From positions 150,001 to 182,000 of the forward strand of contig NZ_CP042905.2 in NCBI RefSeq assembly GCF_008000775.2: 32,000 nt of DNA, in the 5' to 3' direction. How positions within the stretch are numbered: the stretch's first letter is position 1; each line of letters starts with the position of its first letter. Both the position numbers and the translations under genes were made by a program. Below are positions 16,893 to 26,858 of the stretch, in pieces. The notes beneath the pieces were generated by a model. The model did no database searches, was not told the DNA's origin, and worked only from the letters and a program-made list of their open reading frames with translations. Source of the stretch: Promethearchaeum syntrophicum (lineage in GTDB: Archaea > Asgardarchaeota > Lokiarchaeia > Sigyniarchaeales > Promethearchaeaceae).

Positions 16893-18965
16893 ATGCGAAA
16901 AAAAAAATTCAAACCAATAGTTATACTTGATGATGCAAAAGAAAAAAATACACTGAAAATCAATTGTAAAGATTGTGAAGGTAAAAAAAACATAGAAAAA
17001 TGCTTAACATGCATTCTATTTACACTAAATGAAATCAATCCTGTTAAATTTTCTGATATCTCATTAAATTCATCACTTTCTTTAAAAACTGAAGAAAAAC
17101 ACTTAATATCTCTCCTATATGTTCTTTATTCCAGTTTTAAAAAAAAATTTTCATTAATTTCTTGTTCAATTGATAGGGAAACTTGTCAGAAAGAGAAAAT
17201 AAATAATATTTTTTTAAAAAAATTTAATGAAAAGGGATTTATTGATATATTGGAGTTTTTTTTCAGTCAACCAATAATAGAAGGCCCATCTTCAAGCATA
17301 TCTTCACCTTGTTATCTATGTTTAAAAAGAATTACTAAAAAACTTAGATTTTTTCAAAGAATTTATAAAAATTCCCATTTCTATCAATATATTTTATCAA
17401 AATATGGTATTTTAAAAATTTCAACAGATTTCTTCCGCAATCTTTTTCCCACTTTAAAGGAGAATCGTAATCATAAACCTTTTTTAATAAATATTGAAAA
17501 ATTCGATAAGCAAGAAGAATATCAGTATTTTAATCAATTGTTTGATGTAATAATTTCTAATAAAAAAAATTGTCCAGAAAGAAGGTATTTGGTAAAATAT
17601 AATATTCCAAAAAAAATATTAGATAGTTCAGAAATGCTACTAAATTTCTTTAAAAATAAATTAAATGATTTAAATTTTACAAATTTCACGAATTTAGGAA
17701 AAAAAATTTGTTATTTAAAAGATCAAATACAATCCTTGGTTCCAAATTATATCCCTGATTTGGATTTAAATGATTCAAAAAAAGTCTCTTTCATTCTTAC
17801 GATTAAATACCTTAATATTGAGAAAATTTTTCCATTATTAACTGATCCTTTTATAGAAGAAATTTTCCAGGATTCAATTGAGAATAAAATTTATATTAAT
17901 CACAATAAATATGGTCGTTGCTTGACTCATATTCAATTGGATATTAATGAATTTGAATCTTTAAAAACTCACTTGATATTAGAAAGTAAACAGAGATTAG
18001 ATGAACAACACCCAAGTTTAGTTCATTTTATGAATAATTCTTTCTTTCATTCTCGCTTTTCAATCGATATAGCACCTTCACATTGGAAAAATATTGCTTT
18101 AGATATAAGAAAATTGAACAAAATGGTTTATACACTAAGTGATCTTATTAAACTGAGAACTTTATCAATTGAAATGGCAAGTTTCTTAGTATTTTGTATT
18201 TTATTCAGAAAAAATATTACAATCGTTGGTGAAGTTAATTCTGGTAAAACAACATTCCTAAATGCTTTGGATTTGTATGCTCCTAAAGAATTTAGGAAGA
18301 TTTACGTTGAAGAAACAATTGAAACATTAGAATTCCCTACTGATTCAGCCCATCAATTGAAATATGTAGTTGATTCCGATTATAATGATGAAAATAACAG
18401 TAAGGAAAAAGAAATTTATAAGTTATTACATAGATCTGGGGATTTAATTATTTTAGGAGAGATTTTAAATAAATTAGAAACTGTAGCTCTTTTCCATTGC
18501 CTAAGTGCAGGATTAAGGGGATTTCAAACAACCCACGCATCTTCAATCCAAGGTTTAATTAATAGATGGTTAGTCCATTTTCAAATTGATAAAACTTGCT
18601 TAAATGATCTGGACGTTATAGTTATGATGAGAAAAATTGGAAATAGAAGAGTTGTTCAATCAATTAATGAAATAACTTATAACAGTCAAAGTGAAAAAGT
18701 TGAAATCTTTTCATTATTTAAATATAATCCAGTAAATGAGGAATGGGATTTACCTTTTCAGATAAAAAAATCAAAAATACTCAAGTCAATTAATAAAATA
18801 ATTAATTTTTCTCAAGATAAATATATTCGATTAATCTCTCAATTGAACAAAATTTTTATCGATGAAATTCGCCAAGATTTCCCTGATAACCGTAAGATTT
18901 TCCTTCCTTTAAAAAAAATCTATCATAATATTAAATCCATTGATCAAAATATAGGAGGGATTTAG
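16893..18965 (+). CDS. VirB11/TadA/FlaI-family secretion ATPase with long N-terminal extension
   Basis: Walker A ITIVGEVNSGKTTFLNALD, Asp box KIYVEETIETLE, Walker B region RSGDLIILGEI, His box GFQTTHASS; N-terminus has CKDCEGKKNIEKCLTC. Confidence 0.88.
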   Translation: MRKKKFKPIVILDDAKEKNTLKINCKDCEGKKNIEKCLTCILFTLNEINPVKFSDISLNSSLSLKTEEKHLISLLYVLYSSFKKKFSLISCSIDRETCQKEKINNIFLKKFNEKGFIDILEFFFSQPIIEGPSSSISSPCYLCLKRITKKLRFFQRIYKNSHFYQYILSKYGILKISTDFFRNLFPTLKENRNHKPFLINIEKFDKQEEYQYFNQLFDVIISNKKNCPERRYLVKYNIPKKILDSSEMLLNFFKNKLNDLNFTNFTNLGKKICYLKDQIQSLVPNYIPDLDLNDSKKVSFILTIKYLNIEKIFPLLTDPFIEEIFQDSIENKIYINHNKYGRCLTHIQLDINEFESLKTHLILESKQRLDEQHPSLVHFMNNSFFHSRFSIDIAPSHWKNIALDIRKLNKMVYTLSDLIKLRTLSIEMASFLVFCILFRKNITIVGEVNSGKTTFLNALDLYAPKEFRKIYVEETIETLEFPTDSAHQLKYVVDSDYNDENNSKEKEIYKLLHRSGDLIILGEILNKLETVALFHCLSAGLRGFQTTHASSIQGLINRWLVHFQIDKTCLNDLDVIVMMRKIGNRRVVQSINEITYNSQSEKVEIFSLFKYNPVNEEWDLPFQIKKSKILKSINKIINFSQDKYIRLISQLNKIFIDEIRQDFPDNRKIFLPLKKIYHNIKSIDQNIGGI

Positions 18966-18998
18966 AAAATTTCAGAAATTTTAGAAAAATTATTAATA

Positions 18999-19388
18999 AT
19001 GACATTTGGATTAACGATGTTTTTAATCATTTTCCAATTTCTAAATCCTATATTTTTGATGTTTACTCCTCTATATACCGAAGATAAACAAGATTTAGAC
19101 TATATTCATTCAGATTTGGAAAATTTTGCAAATTCGATAACAGTATTTAATAATAATAATGATCAAGAAGATTTTTTCTTAAATTTTACTTATCCTGGAA
19201 AGATCTCTGTTATTACTGACCACTACAACGAAGATATAACTACTTTGCTCTTTAGATTTTCTAATAATCGAACTATTTATAAGGAATTTCAAGTTTCTAG
19301 CGAATTTAACATTGAAATCGAAAATATATTTATTAAACAATACAACATCCGATTTTTAAATAATTCGAAGTTTATAATTTTTATCTAA
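18999..19388 (+). CDS. Small protein with N-terminal TM, possible minor pilin or accessory component
   Basis: FGLTMFLIIFQFLNPIFLMFTPLY TM followed by an extracytoplasmic-like segment; lies between the ATPase and the TadB/C-like gene, and is open in frame upstream to the ATPase stop. Confidence 0.5.
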   Translation: MTFGLTMFLIIFQFLNPIFLMFTPLYTEDKQDLDYIHSDLENFANSITVFNNNNDQEDFFLNFTYPGKISVITDHYNEDITTLLFRFSNNRTIYKEFQVSSEFNIEIENIFIKQYNIRFLNNSKFIIFI

Positions 19389-19396
19389 AGAGATTA

Positions 19397-20932
19397 GTGA
19401 ATCTAATGACTTGGAAAAGCGAATTTCTTCAAAAATTTACATTTTTATGTCAGAAATTTCATACTTCAATTGAATTCATGAAAGAGCTGGAAGAAGATAT
19501 TAGTAATTATGATGAAATAATTTTACATGAGTTTAGTTTATCTTACAATCAAAGAAGGAAAGGAGCAATTGCAATTACACTTGTTTATTTATTTTTAATT
19601 AACCTTGTATACATTATTTTTTCATTTTCTTTGTCTTTTTTTTTCATTTTCATTACTCTAGGTCTCATGATATATATATATTTACTTGATATCCATAAGA
19701 ATTTTGTCCAATTTAAAGAAAATTCTAACACTAACAAATATCATTTTTTATCATTACAAATGAATATAATTTTATTGAGTATCAAAGAAATGGAAGATAA
19801 AAACTTAATTCTAATGGAGATTTTAGAACAAGAACCCGAAATTGGAATTAATATTCGAAAAGTTTTATCTAAAATTAATTTGGGACATAATATCAAGAAC
19901 AATTTGAAAAATATAATTTTTTACTCCCCTTCATTTAACGTATATTTTAGAGATCTCCTAGAATCGAATTATAATTTTGAAATTATTGAAAATATTGATT
20001 CTTTCCAGAATTATTATGAAAACAAATTTGAGATTTTTATTAATTCATTAGACACTCGTTTAAGTCTCTTCTTTTTCTTCAACCTTTTTTTTCCAATTGG
20101 TTTTCTTTTTATGTTTTCCATTAATTCTCTAACATATGAGCAAGTCCTAATTGCAATATTCTTGTTTATTCTAATTCAAAAAATTTTTATCCGTAAAATT
20201 TTAAATGAAAAAATTCAACTTATTGGAGGGATTAATTCTCTAAAAAGTGAGGATAAAAAATTTTTAAAAAGTTTTTTAAAGTTTTTTTATCATTTTTCTA
20301 ATTATTTGTCTTGGAATCCTCCTGAACTTGCACTTTATCAATCAATTTTAAAATTGTCACCGAAAGAAAAATCAAAATTGAATCTTGATAAATATAATTT
20401 TAGTTTAGATTTCAAATCTTTAAACCAATTTCTAAAAACAATATTTCTTAATTTTCAATCATCTTCAGCTAAAATCTTTTATACCGTGATTAAGAGGATT
20501 TTTCGTTTAAATTCTTCTCAAAGTCCTAATCTTTTTAGAGATATGTCAAAAATTATTCACAAACATATGGAATTGGGTGACAAACAAGAAATTGCCTATA
20601 ATAGTTCTTACATCAAGGTTATAATCTTTAAAATTCTATTAGTTTTCATTTTAGGAATTTTAACACCTATAATTTATAGATTTCAAGAAATATCTCAATT
20701 GCTTTATAATTTTAATTATTTGGCAGAAATTATCGATAATATGTATAGTTTAGATAATTATTTCTTGACAATTTTTATATCTTTAATATTTATTTTTATT
20801 TCAATCCAATCGTTTAATGAAGTTTACAATTTTAAGGATAGTAAGAAACTGGATTATTTCTTAATTCTGATGTTTTTTATTTGTTTAATTACTTCAACCT
20901 TTTTGTGGAATTCACTAATATTTTTCTCATAA
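19397..20932 (+). CDS. TadB/TadC (GspF/FlaJ-like) platform membrane protein
   Basis: 511 aa, TM clusters near residues 55-95, 215-250 and 410-511 separated by cytoplasmic helical domains; directly follows the secretion ATPase. Confidence 0.65.
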   Translation: MNLMTWKSEFLQKFTFLCQKFHTSIEFMKELEEDISNYDEIILHEFSLSYNQRRKGAIAITLVYLFLINLVYIIFSFSLSFFFIFITLGLMIYIYLLDIHKNFVQFKENSNTNKYHFLSLQMNIILLSIKEMEDKNLILMEILEQEPEIGINIRKVLSKINLGHNIKNNLKNIIFYSPSFNVYFRDLLESNYNFEIIENIDSFQNYYENKFEIFINSLDTRLSLFFFFNLFFPIGFLFMFSINSLTYEQVLIAIFLFILIQKIFIRKILNEKIQLIGGINSLKSEDKKFLKSFLKFFYHFSNYLSWNPPELALYQSILKLSPKEKSKLNLDKYNFSLDFKSLNQFLKTIFLNFQSSSAKIFYTVIKRIFRLNSSQSPNLFRDMSKIIHKHMELGDKQEIAYNSSYIKVIIFKILLVFILGILTPIIYRFQEISQLLYNFNYLAEIIDNMYSLDNYFLTIFISLIFIFISIQSFNEVYNFKDSKKLDYFLILMFFICLITSTFLWNSLIFFS

Positions 20933-21000
20933 ATTCTAAATATTGAAATCAATGAAAAAATGAATAAAAAAGATGAAAATTTTAACAATAAATTAAAATT

Positions 21001-21264
21001 TCAGAAGATTCCTAATTTAATTGCTAAATCTGCTGCAGAATCATTGGGGTGTAATTTAACAAGTGCCTTTTTTTCCCCACTAGGAGTAATCAGAGTGTTA
21101 ATTTTAATAATTTTTACACTATATAAATTCTCAATAGCTTGTTTAATTTGGAATTTATTGGCAGATCGTTCAACTATAAATACTAATTTATTTTGATCTT
21201 CAATTAGATCAAATGTATTTTCAGTAACTAAAGGTTTTTTAATTATTGCATAATAATTGACCAT
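21001..21264 (-). CDS. rpl23: Ribosomal protein L23 (uL23)
   Basis: YAIIKKPLVTENTFDLIEDQNKLVFIVERSANKFQIKQAIENLYSVKIIKINTLITPSGEKKALVKLHPNDSAADLAIKLGIF. Confidence 0.95.
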   Translation of the reverse strand: MVNYYAIIKKPLVTENTFDLIEDQNKLVFIVERSANKFQIKQAIENLYSVKIIKINTLITPSGEKKALVKLHPNDSAADLAIKLGIF

Positions 21265-21268
21265 TTGT

Positions 21269-22057
21269 TTAGTTCACCTCAAACTTTTTTAATTGGTTAA
21301 ATGCAGATTGAGTCCATATAGTCAATCTCCCGCAATGTGTACCCGGAGCTAAAAGATTACAATTAAGGTTTTCAAATTTAATTATATCAATTCCAGGAAT
21401 ATTTCTAGCTGCTTTGTAAATTCCGAAATTATCCTTTATAACAATTAAAGGTCCTTTCCGTTTTTTATATTTTCTCCCTCGACGTTTCCCTTTACCAGCA
21501 CGAATTGACACATTATCTTTAACTCGTTTTAATTCTTCACTTAAACCAATTTTATTAAGAACATCAATGATTTGGGTAGTTTTTTTAATTGTTTGTAGTT
21601 TATCATCAATTATAATTGGTAAAACTGTTTTTTTGTCTATTCTATGTCCACGCTTAACAACAAATTCATGTTTTTCTGTAGCAGAAATTGCAGATAAAAG
21701 AGCAGAATGTTTTTCCTTTCTATTTATTCTCTTTACAGTTATTTTTTCAGCTCTAGGAGGATGAGCTAGCCGTCCACCTACAACACCTGGAGCAAATCCT
21801 GCATTTCGGGAAGTCATATATCCTGATCCTCTTAAACGAGGTACTCGAGCAGCTGCAAATCCTGTTCCCCAACCTAACGCTGTATTTTTTTTTCCTGCTA
21901 AAGGATCGCGCCCTTGTGGTTGTTTTTGAGCTGCTTGGGTTGAAATTACTGCACGTTCAATAAGATCTAATCTCGGAATAATTGAAAATACTTTTGGTAA
22001 ATCAATGCTTTCCTTTTTCTTTCCATCCAATCCAAGAACATTTACTTTCTTTGCCAT
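21269..22057 (-). CDS. rpl4: Ribosomal protein L4 (uL4)
   Basis: GLDGKKKESIDLPKVFS..PRLDLIERAV..GRDPLAGKKNTALGWGTGFAAARVPRLRGSGYMTSRNAGFAPGVVGGRLAHPPRAEK. Confidence 0.97.
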   Translation of the reverse strand: MAKKVNVLGLDGKKKESIDLPKVFSIIPRLDLIERAVISTQAAQKQPQGRDPLAGKKNTALGWGTGFAAARVPRLRGSGYMTSRNAGFAPGVVGGRLAHPPRAEKITVKRINRKEKHSALLSAISATEKHEFVVKRGHRIDKKTVLPIIIDDKLQTIKKTTQIIDVLNKIGLSEELKRVKDNVSIRAGKGKRRGRKYKKRKGPLIVIKDNFGIYKAARNIPGIDIIKFENLNCNLLAPGTHCGRLTIWTQSAFNQLKKFEVN

Positions 22058-22067
22058 TTTTCACACC

Positions 22068-23084
22068 TTATTTCCCTTGTTGACTAAGTTTACTGAAATA
22101 TGTAATCTCCGGTACCGAAATAGTAAAATGATCCTTAGGACGCATACTATCACGTAATCTTACCAATCTCTTTTTTGGTCCAGGTACTGAACCTAAAAGT
22201 AAAATATAGTCAGATTTTATTAACCCATACCTAATAAATCCACCTTTTGGATTTACTTCATCTCCATCTTCTGAAACTTTCATTATACGTTTATTATACT
22301 CAATTCTTTGATGATAACCCATTTGTCCTGAGCGAGCTATCGTGTATAATAATTTTGGAGGTTTCCATGGCCCAATACAACCAACACGTCTTTTACCTTT
22401 ACGATTTTTCCTAGACATTAATTTTATTCCAAATTTCTTAACTGCTCCTTGAAAGCCTTTACCTTTTGAAACAGCTATTGTATCAGTTAAATTTCCTTCA
22501 GTTAAACAATCTCTAATACGCAATTCTTGACCTAACAAATCTTTTACGTATTTAAATTGTTCTTTGCTATTGCCGCCCGTTACTTTTATCTCAATTATAT
22601 CTGGTTTAATACGAGGAACACTAACTTTCCAGGGTTGAGTAGAGAAAAGCCCTCTAATTTCAACATCATCTCGGAGTTTATCTTCTAATGCTTTGATTTT
22701 CTCATTGAAATTATATGTTTCAGGATTTGGTAATTGAATTTTCCGGCTTAATTCGGGAATGATATTTGGTGCGATTACATCCCCTATTGGATTCATGCCA
22801 TATTCATCTCGAAGATAGATCCTTACTCCAAACAGATAAATTGGAGGGGTCTCAACAACTGTAACAGCCTTAACAAGTTCTTTTCCAAAAAAAGGACTTG
22901 ATTTTTGATCTTCGATAAATGCAATATGAGTCATTCCAGCCTTAAATCCCGCAAATCCTAAAAATTTAGGTTTTCCTTCGTATGTTGGCCAATGTCTAAT
23001 TCGACCTTTCCCATATCTTGAACGTTTTCTAGGTAAGTATGCGAGAGAGCCGTGACGTGGGGCGGATTGCCTTCGATGTCCCAT
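22068..23084 (-). CDS. rpl3: Ribosomal protein L3 (uL3)
   Basis: MGHRRQSAPRHGSLAYLPRKR...VSKGKGFQGAVKKFGIKLMSRKNRKGKRRVGCIGPWKPPKLLYTIARSGQMGYHQRIEYNK. Confidence 0.97.
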   Translation of the reverse strand: MGHRRQSAPRHGSLAYLPRKRSRYGKGRIRHWPTYEGKPKFLGFAGFKAGMTHIAFIEDQKSSPFFGKELVKAVTVVETPPIYLFGVRIYLRDEYGMNPIGDVIAPNIIPELSRKIQLPNPETYNFNEKIKALEDKLRDDVEIRGLFSTQPWKVSVPRIKPDIIEIKVTGGNSKEQFKYVKDLLGQELRIRDCLTEGNLTDTIAVSKGKGFQGAVKKFGIKLMSRKNRKGKRRVGCIGPWKPPKLLYTIARSGQMGYHQRIEYNKRIMKVSEDGDEVNPKGGFIRYGLIKSDYILLLGSVPGPKKRLVRLRDSMRPKDHFTISVPEITYFSKLSQQGK

Positions 23085-23201
23085 TTATTTCACTTTATAT
23101 TATTATATGAATCTTTAAAGAATTCACACTTTCTTAAGAAAGTAATAATAAAAAGCCATGATTTTAGTTAAATTTTTCGAATTTAGTCGTAACTTGTTGT
23201 T

Positions 23202-25013
23202 CTAATCCTCATCTTTCGTAGGAATATAATAATATTCACCGATTTTTCTTTGATATTTGTCAAGGTTTGAATTAAATTTATTTACTCTAGGTCGTCCAGT
23301 TGATAAATCTCTTCTAAAAGTTATATTCATTAATCGCAAAAATTCATTCATTCCAGAGCGTAAATCTTGAGGAGGAGTTGTTATCCCTTTAATCCCAGGC
23401 TCCCCTTTAAACACAATTAACGAATCACATATAAAATCTTGAGTTATTATGTCATGCTCGACAACAAACGCAGCTTTCTTGATACTCTCGATAGATCTTC
23501 GAATAATCATAGCCATATTAAGTCGCATTTCAACATCTAAAAATGCAGAAGGTTCATCAATTAAATAAATATCGGCTTCATTTGTTAAACAATCGGCAAT
23601 TGCTACACGTTGGAGCTCTCCTCCACTTAATTCACTGATCGATCTAGCTTCAAGTTCTTCTAATCGAAATCCTTTCAAGATCCTTTTTTTATAAGGAGAG
23701 TCAAAATATGCAGAGCCTTTTATTTTTTGAAGGATTTCATATACTGGTTTATCTGGTTCATATTCAATATACTGAGATTTTAGAGAAATTTTTAAATCTT
23801 TTAAGTTTTTAACTTCATTATCTGGTTTAATTTTACCAGCAATTAAATTTATGAAAGTAGTTTTTCCGATTCCGTTTGGTCCTAAGATCCCAATGACTTC
23901 TCCAGCATGAATTTCACCACCATAAATATCCAAATTAAAGGAGCCTAATTTTTTCTTCATATCTTTAAATTCAAAAAGAACTTTAGAACTCTCAAAGCCT
24001 GTACTTATTGCAGGTCTTTGATGAAATTTGATTGCTTCTTCACGAAATCTCATGTTTTCATCTTTAATATACCCATTTAAATAAATGTTTATACCTACAC
24101 GAACTCCTTGAACATTTGAAATAATTCCATAAGCACTAGGTTGACCATATAATAAGCAAATTTGATCACTTAAATAATCTAAAATTGCTAGATCATGTTC
24201 AATAACTACCACTCTTTTTTCATCTCCAGGAAGATTTCTAATCAATTTTGCCATTTTTAAACGTTGACTTACATCTAAATATGAAGAAGGTTCATCAATT
24301 AAATAACAATCACCCTCTCGCAATAGAGCTGCTGCAATTGCAACTCTTTGCAGTTCACCGCCACTTAATACAGACAAATCTCTATCCAATATCGTTTCTA
24401 GCGAAAGTTCGGAAATAATATAATCCATATTTTTGGTTTTATCAATTTTTTTAAGTAAATCCTTTACTTTTCCTTTTACAAATTTTGGAATAGTTGTAAT
24501 CTCTTGAGGTTTATGAACAATCTTTAGAGTTTTTTCCTTTAAAGATTTTAAATAATCTTGTAAAATAGATCCTTTAAAATGATCAATAATTTGATCCCAA
24601 TCTGGGGTTTTATCTTCAAGTAAACCTAAATTCATTTTTTGATGACCGGATAAAATATTCATTGCTGTTGATTTTCCAATTCCATTTTGCCCAATTACTC
24701 CTAAAACTCTATCTTTACTAGGAAGAAGCATCCTGAATAATGTAAAGCTATCTTCAGCATATTTATGAGTCACTTCCGAATCAAGTTTTTCTGGAACATT
24801 GACAATAGTATAACAATGAAATGGACATTTTTTTACACAAATTCCACATCCAGAACATAATAATGGATTCAAATGAGGAAATCCATCTTCTCCTAAGACA
24901 ATCGTTTCATCTCCAGTACGAACTCTTGGGCAATATTTAATACAAGGTTTATTTGGAGAAGAAGAGCAATCAGTTGGTTTACATGTATCTCTATCAATAA
25001 CAGCAATTCTCAT
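23202..25013 (-). CDS. abce1: ABCE1 / RNase L inhibitor-type ribosome recycling ATPase
   Basis: N-terminal Fe-S cysteines (DRDTCKPTDCSSSPNKPCIKYCP; CSGCGICVKKCPFHC), Walker A GVIGQNGIGKSTAMN and GILGPNGIGKTTF, LSGGELQRVAIA twice. Confidence 0.97.
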   Translation of the reverse strand: MRIAVIDRDTCKPTDCSSSPNKPCIKYCPRVRTGDETIVLGEDGFPHLNPLLCSGCGICVKKCPFHCYTIVNVPEKLDSEVTHKYAEDSFTLFRMLLPSKDRVLGVIGQNGIGKSTAMNILSGHQKMNLGLLEDKTPDWDQIIDHFKGSILQDYLKSLKEKTLKIVHKPQEITTIPKFVKGKVKDLLKKIDKTKNMDYIISELSLETILDRDLSVLSGGELQRVAIAAALLREGDCYLIDEPSSYLDVSQRLKMAKLIRNLPGDEKRVVVIEHDLAILDYLSDQICLLYGQPSAYGIISNVQGVRVGINIYLNGYIKDENMRFREEAIKFHQRPAISTGFESSKVLFEFKDMKKKLGSFNLDIYGGEIHAGEVIGILGPNGIGKTTFINLIAGKIKPDNEVKNLKDLKISLKSQYIEYEPDKPVYEILQKIKGSAYFDSPYKKRILKGFRLEELEARSISELSGGELQRVAIADCLTNEADIYLIDEPSAFLDVEMRLNMAMIIRRSIESIKKAAFVVEHDIITQDFICDSLIVFKGEPGIKGITTPPQDLRSGMNEFLRLMNITFRRDLSTGRPRVNKFNSNLDKYQRKIGEYYYIPTKDED

Positions 25014-25118
25014 TTTTAACTCATATTCTATATATTATCCATAATTCTTATCTTTTAGTATTTAATAACATCTAAATTTTTGATAAAATTCTTAATTTAT
25101 TGATTATTTCTTTCATCA

Positions 25119-26858
25119 TTGAATATGGAAAAACCTAATCAAGAAAAAAAACCCCAAGACTATCCAATTCACTGGATTGAAACTATAAGCAATCAAATTG
25201 AAAAAAGAAATGCTGATCAAATAATTTTAGCGACTGGAAAAACACCCAGTGGTTATATTCATTTAGGTATTATGCGAGAATTATTAATTTGTGACGGATT
25301 ATATAGAATTTTTAACAATAAAGGCAAAAAAGTTAGATTCGTATTATTTATTGATGATTTGGATGCTGCAAAAAGATTTCCAAGTTATATCCCAAAGGAA
25401 TTTTCAAAAAAATACTTAGGTTATCCGTTTCTCTTTATTCCTAATCCAATTCTTGAAGATGATAGATGTTATGCAAGATATTTTGGAGATCACTTAATTT
25501 CAACATTTTCAGAAATGGGGATATCAGCAGATGTAATTTGGACTCATAATTTATACGAAACTGAGGAAATGAAAGAAATGATAAGGATAGGTTTGCGAAA
25601 AAATGATTTAGTCAAAGAAATTATTGCAAAATTCCTTACAAGTTCAATGACAGAGGACCAAAAAGAATCATATTTAAATCAACAGAAGAAATGGATGGGT
25701 GCAATGGTTATTTGTGAAAAATGTAAATGTACTCAAGAAAAATTAAGAGATGGAACAATAATCCCAAATAGAGTGTTGAGCTTTGATGAAGAAAAAGATG
25801 AATGCTCATATCATTGTCCTAAATGTGGTTTTGAAAATAATATAAAAATATCTAGTGGTCAACTTAAATTAAATTGGCGTTTAGATTGGCCAGCGAAATG
25901 GAAGATTTATAATACTTCTTGTGAACCAGCGGGTAAAGATCATTGTACTCCTGGAGGATCTTATGATACTGGATTAGAACTTTGTCAAAAAATTTATGAT
26001 TACCAAGGTCCAGTTAAGGTTGCTTATGAATGGGTGAGATTAGGAGATAAAGATATGGGTACTTCAAAAGGTGTTGTTTTTACTCCAGATAAATTCATAG
26101 AACTAGCGGACCCTGAAATTTTGAGAATGCTAATTTATCAAACAAATATTACAAAACATCTTTCAATTAGAATTGAAGAACTTGAACAGTATTATAATGA
26201 ATATGATCGATACGAGAGGATTTATTTTGGACACACACCCGCAAATTCTGAAGATGAATTAAAAGAAATTAAACTTCTATATCCATTAATGCAAGCTAAA
26301 AAATTACCAAAAAAGAGACCTGCTAGATTACCATTTAAGCTTTTGACTGTTTTGGCTCAATTAAAACCAATATTCGGTAACGAAATGATTATTAATAAGG
26401 CTAAAGAGTATTTTAAAAATGAAGGGATAGAACAAAAACTTGTTATTAAATCTTTTAATAAAAAAATAGAGAAAATAACCAATTGGTTAAATTACATGAA
26501 AGATTTAATTGAAAACGAGAAAAATCCTCAAGAAAAGAAGAAATTAAAAAATAAAGTTATTTTCTTTTCGATTCCAAAAAATATTACAAACGAAGTCAAA
26601 GCAAATATTAATGATTCTCAAAAGGAAGCTTTAAAGAAATTTTTAGAATATATGGGTAAGATCTCTGAATTGACTGAAGAAAATATTAAAGAAATTATGA
26701 TTAATTTAAGAAATGATTTAAAAATGAAACCAATGCAAATATTTCAAGCATTCTACTTGGTTATCTTAGGAGAAAAAAAAGGTCCAAGGTTAAGCCCGCT
26801 TTTAATTATGTTAGATAAAAATTGGATAGAAAAAAGAATTTCAGATTCAATTCATTAA
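25119..26858 (+). CDS. lysS: Class I lysyl-tRNA synthetase
   Basis: HIGH-like GKTPSGYIHLGIMRELL, IDDLDAAKRFPSYIPKEFSKKYLG, WRLDWPAKWKIYNTSCEPAGKDHCTPGGSYDTG, KMSKS-like DKDMGTSKGVVF. Confidence 0.95.
   Translation: MNMEKPNQEKKPQDYPIHWIETISNQIEKRNADQIILATGKTPSGYIHLGIMRELLICDGLYRIFNNKGKKVRFVLFIDDLDAAKRFPSYIPKEFSKKYLGYPFLFIPNPILEDDRCYARYFGDHLISTFSEMGISADVIWTHNLYETEEMKEMIRIGLRKNDLVKEIIAKFLTSSMTEDQKESYLNQQKKWMGAMVICEKCKCTQEKLRDGTIIPNRVLSFDEEKDECSYHCPKCGFENNIKISSGQLKLNWRLDWPAKWKIYNTSCEPAGKDHCTPGGSYDTGLELCQKIYDYQGPVKVAYEWVRLGDKDMGTSKGVVFTPDKFIELADPEILRMLIYQTNITKHLSIRIEELEQYYNEYDRYERIYFGHTPANSEDELKEIKLLYPLMQAKKLPKKRPARLPFKLLTVLAQLKPIFGNEMIINKAKEYFKNEGIEQKLVIKSFNKKIEKITNWLNYMKDLIENEKNPQEKKKLKNKVIFFSIPKNITNEVKANINDSQKEALKKFLEYMGKISELTEENIKEIMINLRNDLKMKPMQIFQAFYLVILGEKKGPRLSPLLIMLDKNWIEKRISDSIH

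Noticed and set aside
15932-17038. Minus-strand ORFs 15932-16135 and 16856-17038
   Set aside because: Overlap supported genes (Orc1-like end, ATPase start) on the opposite strand.
20960-21196. 78-aa plus-strand ORF with a TM segment after the TadB/C-like gene
   Set aside because: Most of it is antisense to the well-supported rpl23 gene, so it is probably spurious, though a small pilus accessory gene cannot be fully excluded.
21567-21764. 65-aa plus-strand ORF
   Set aside because: Antisense to rpl4.
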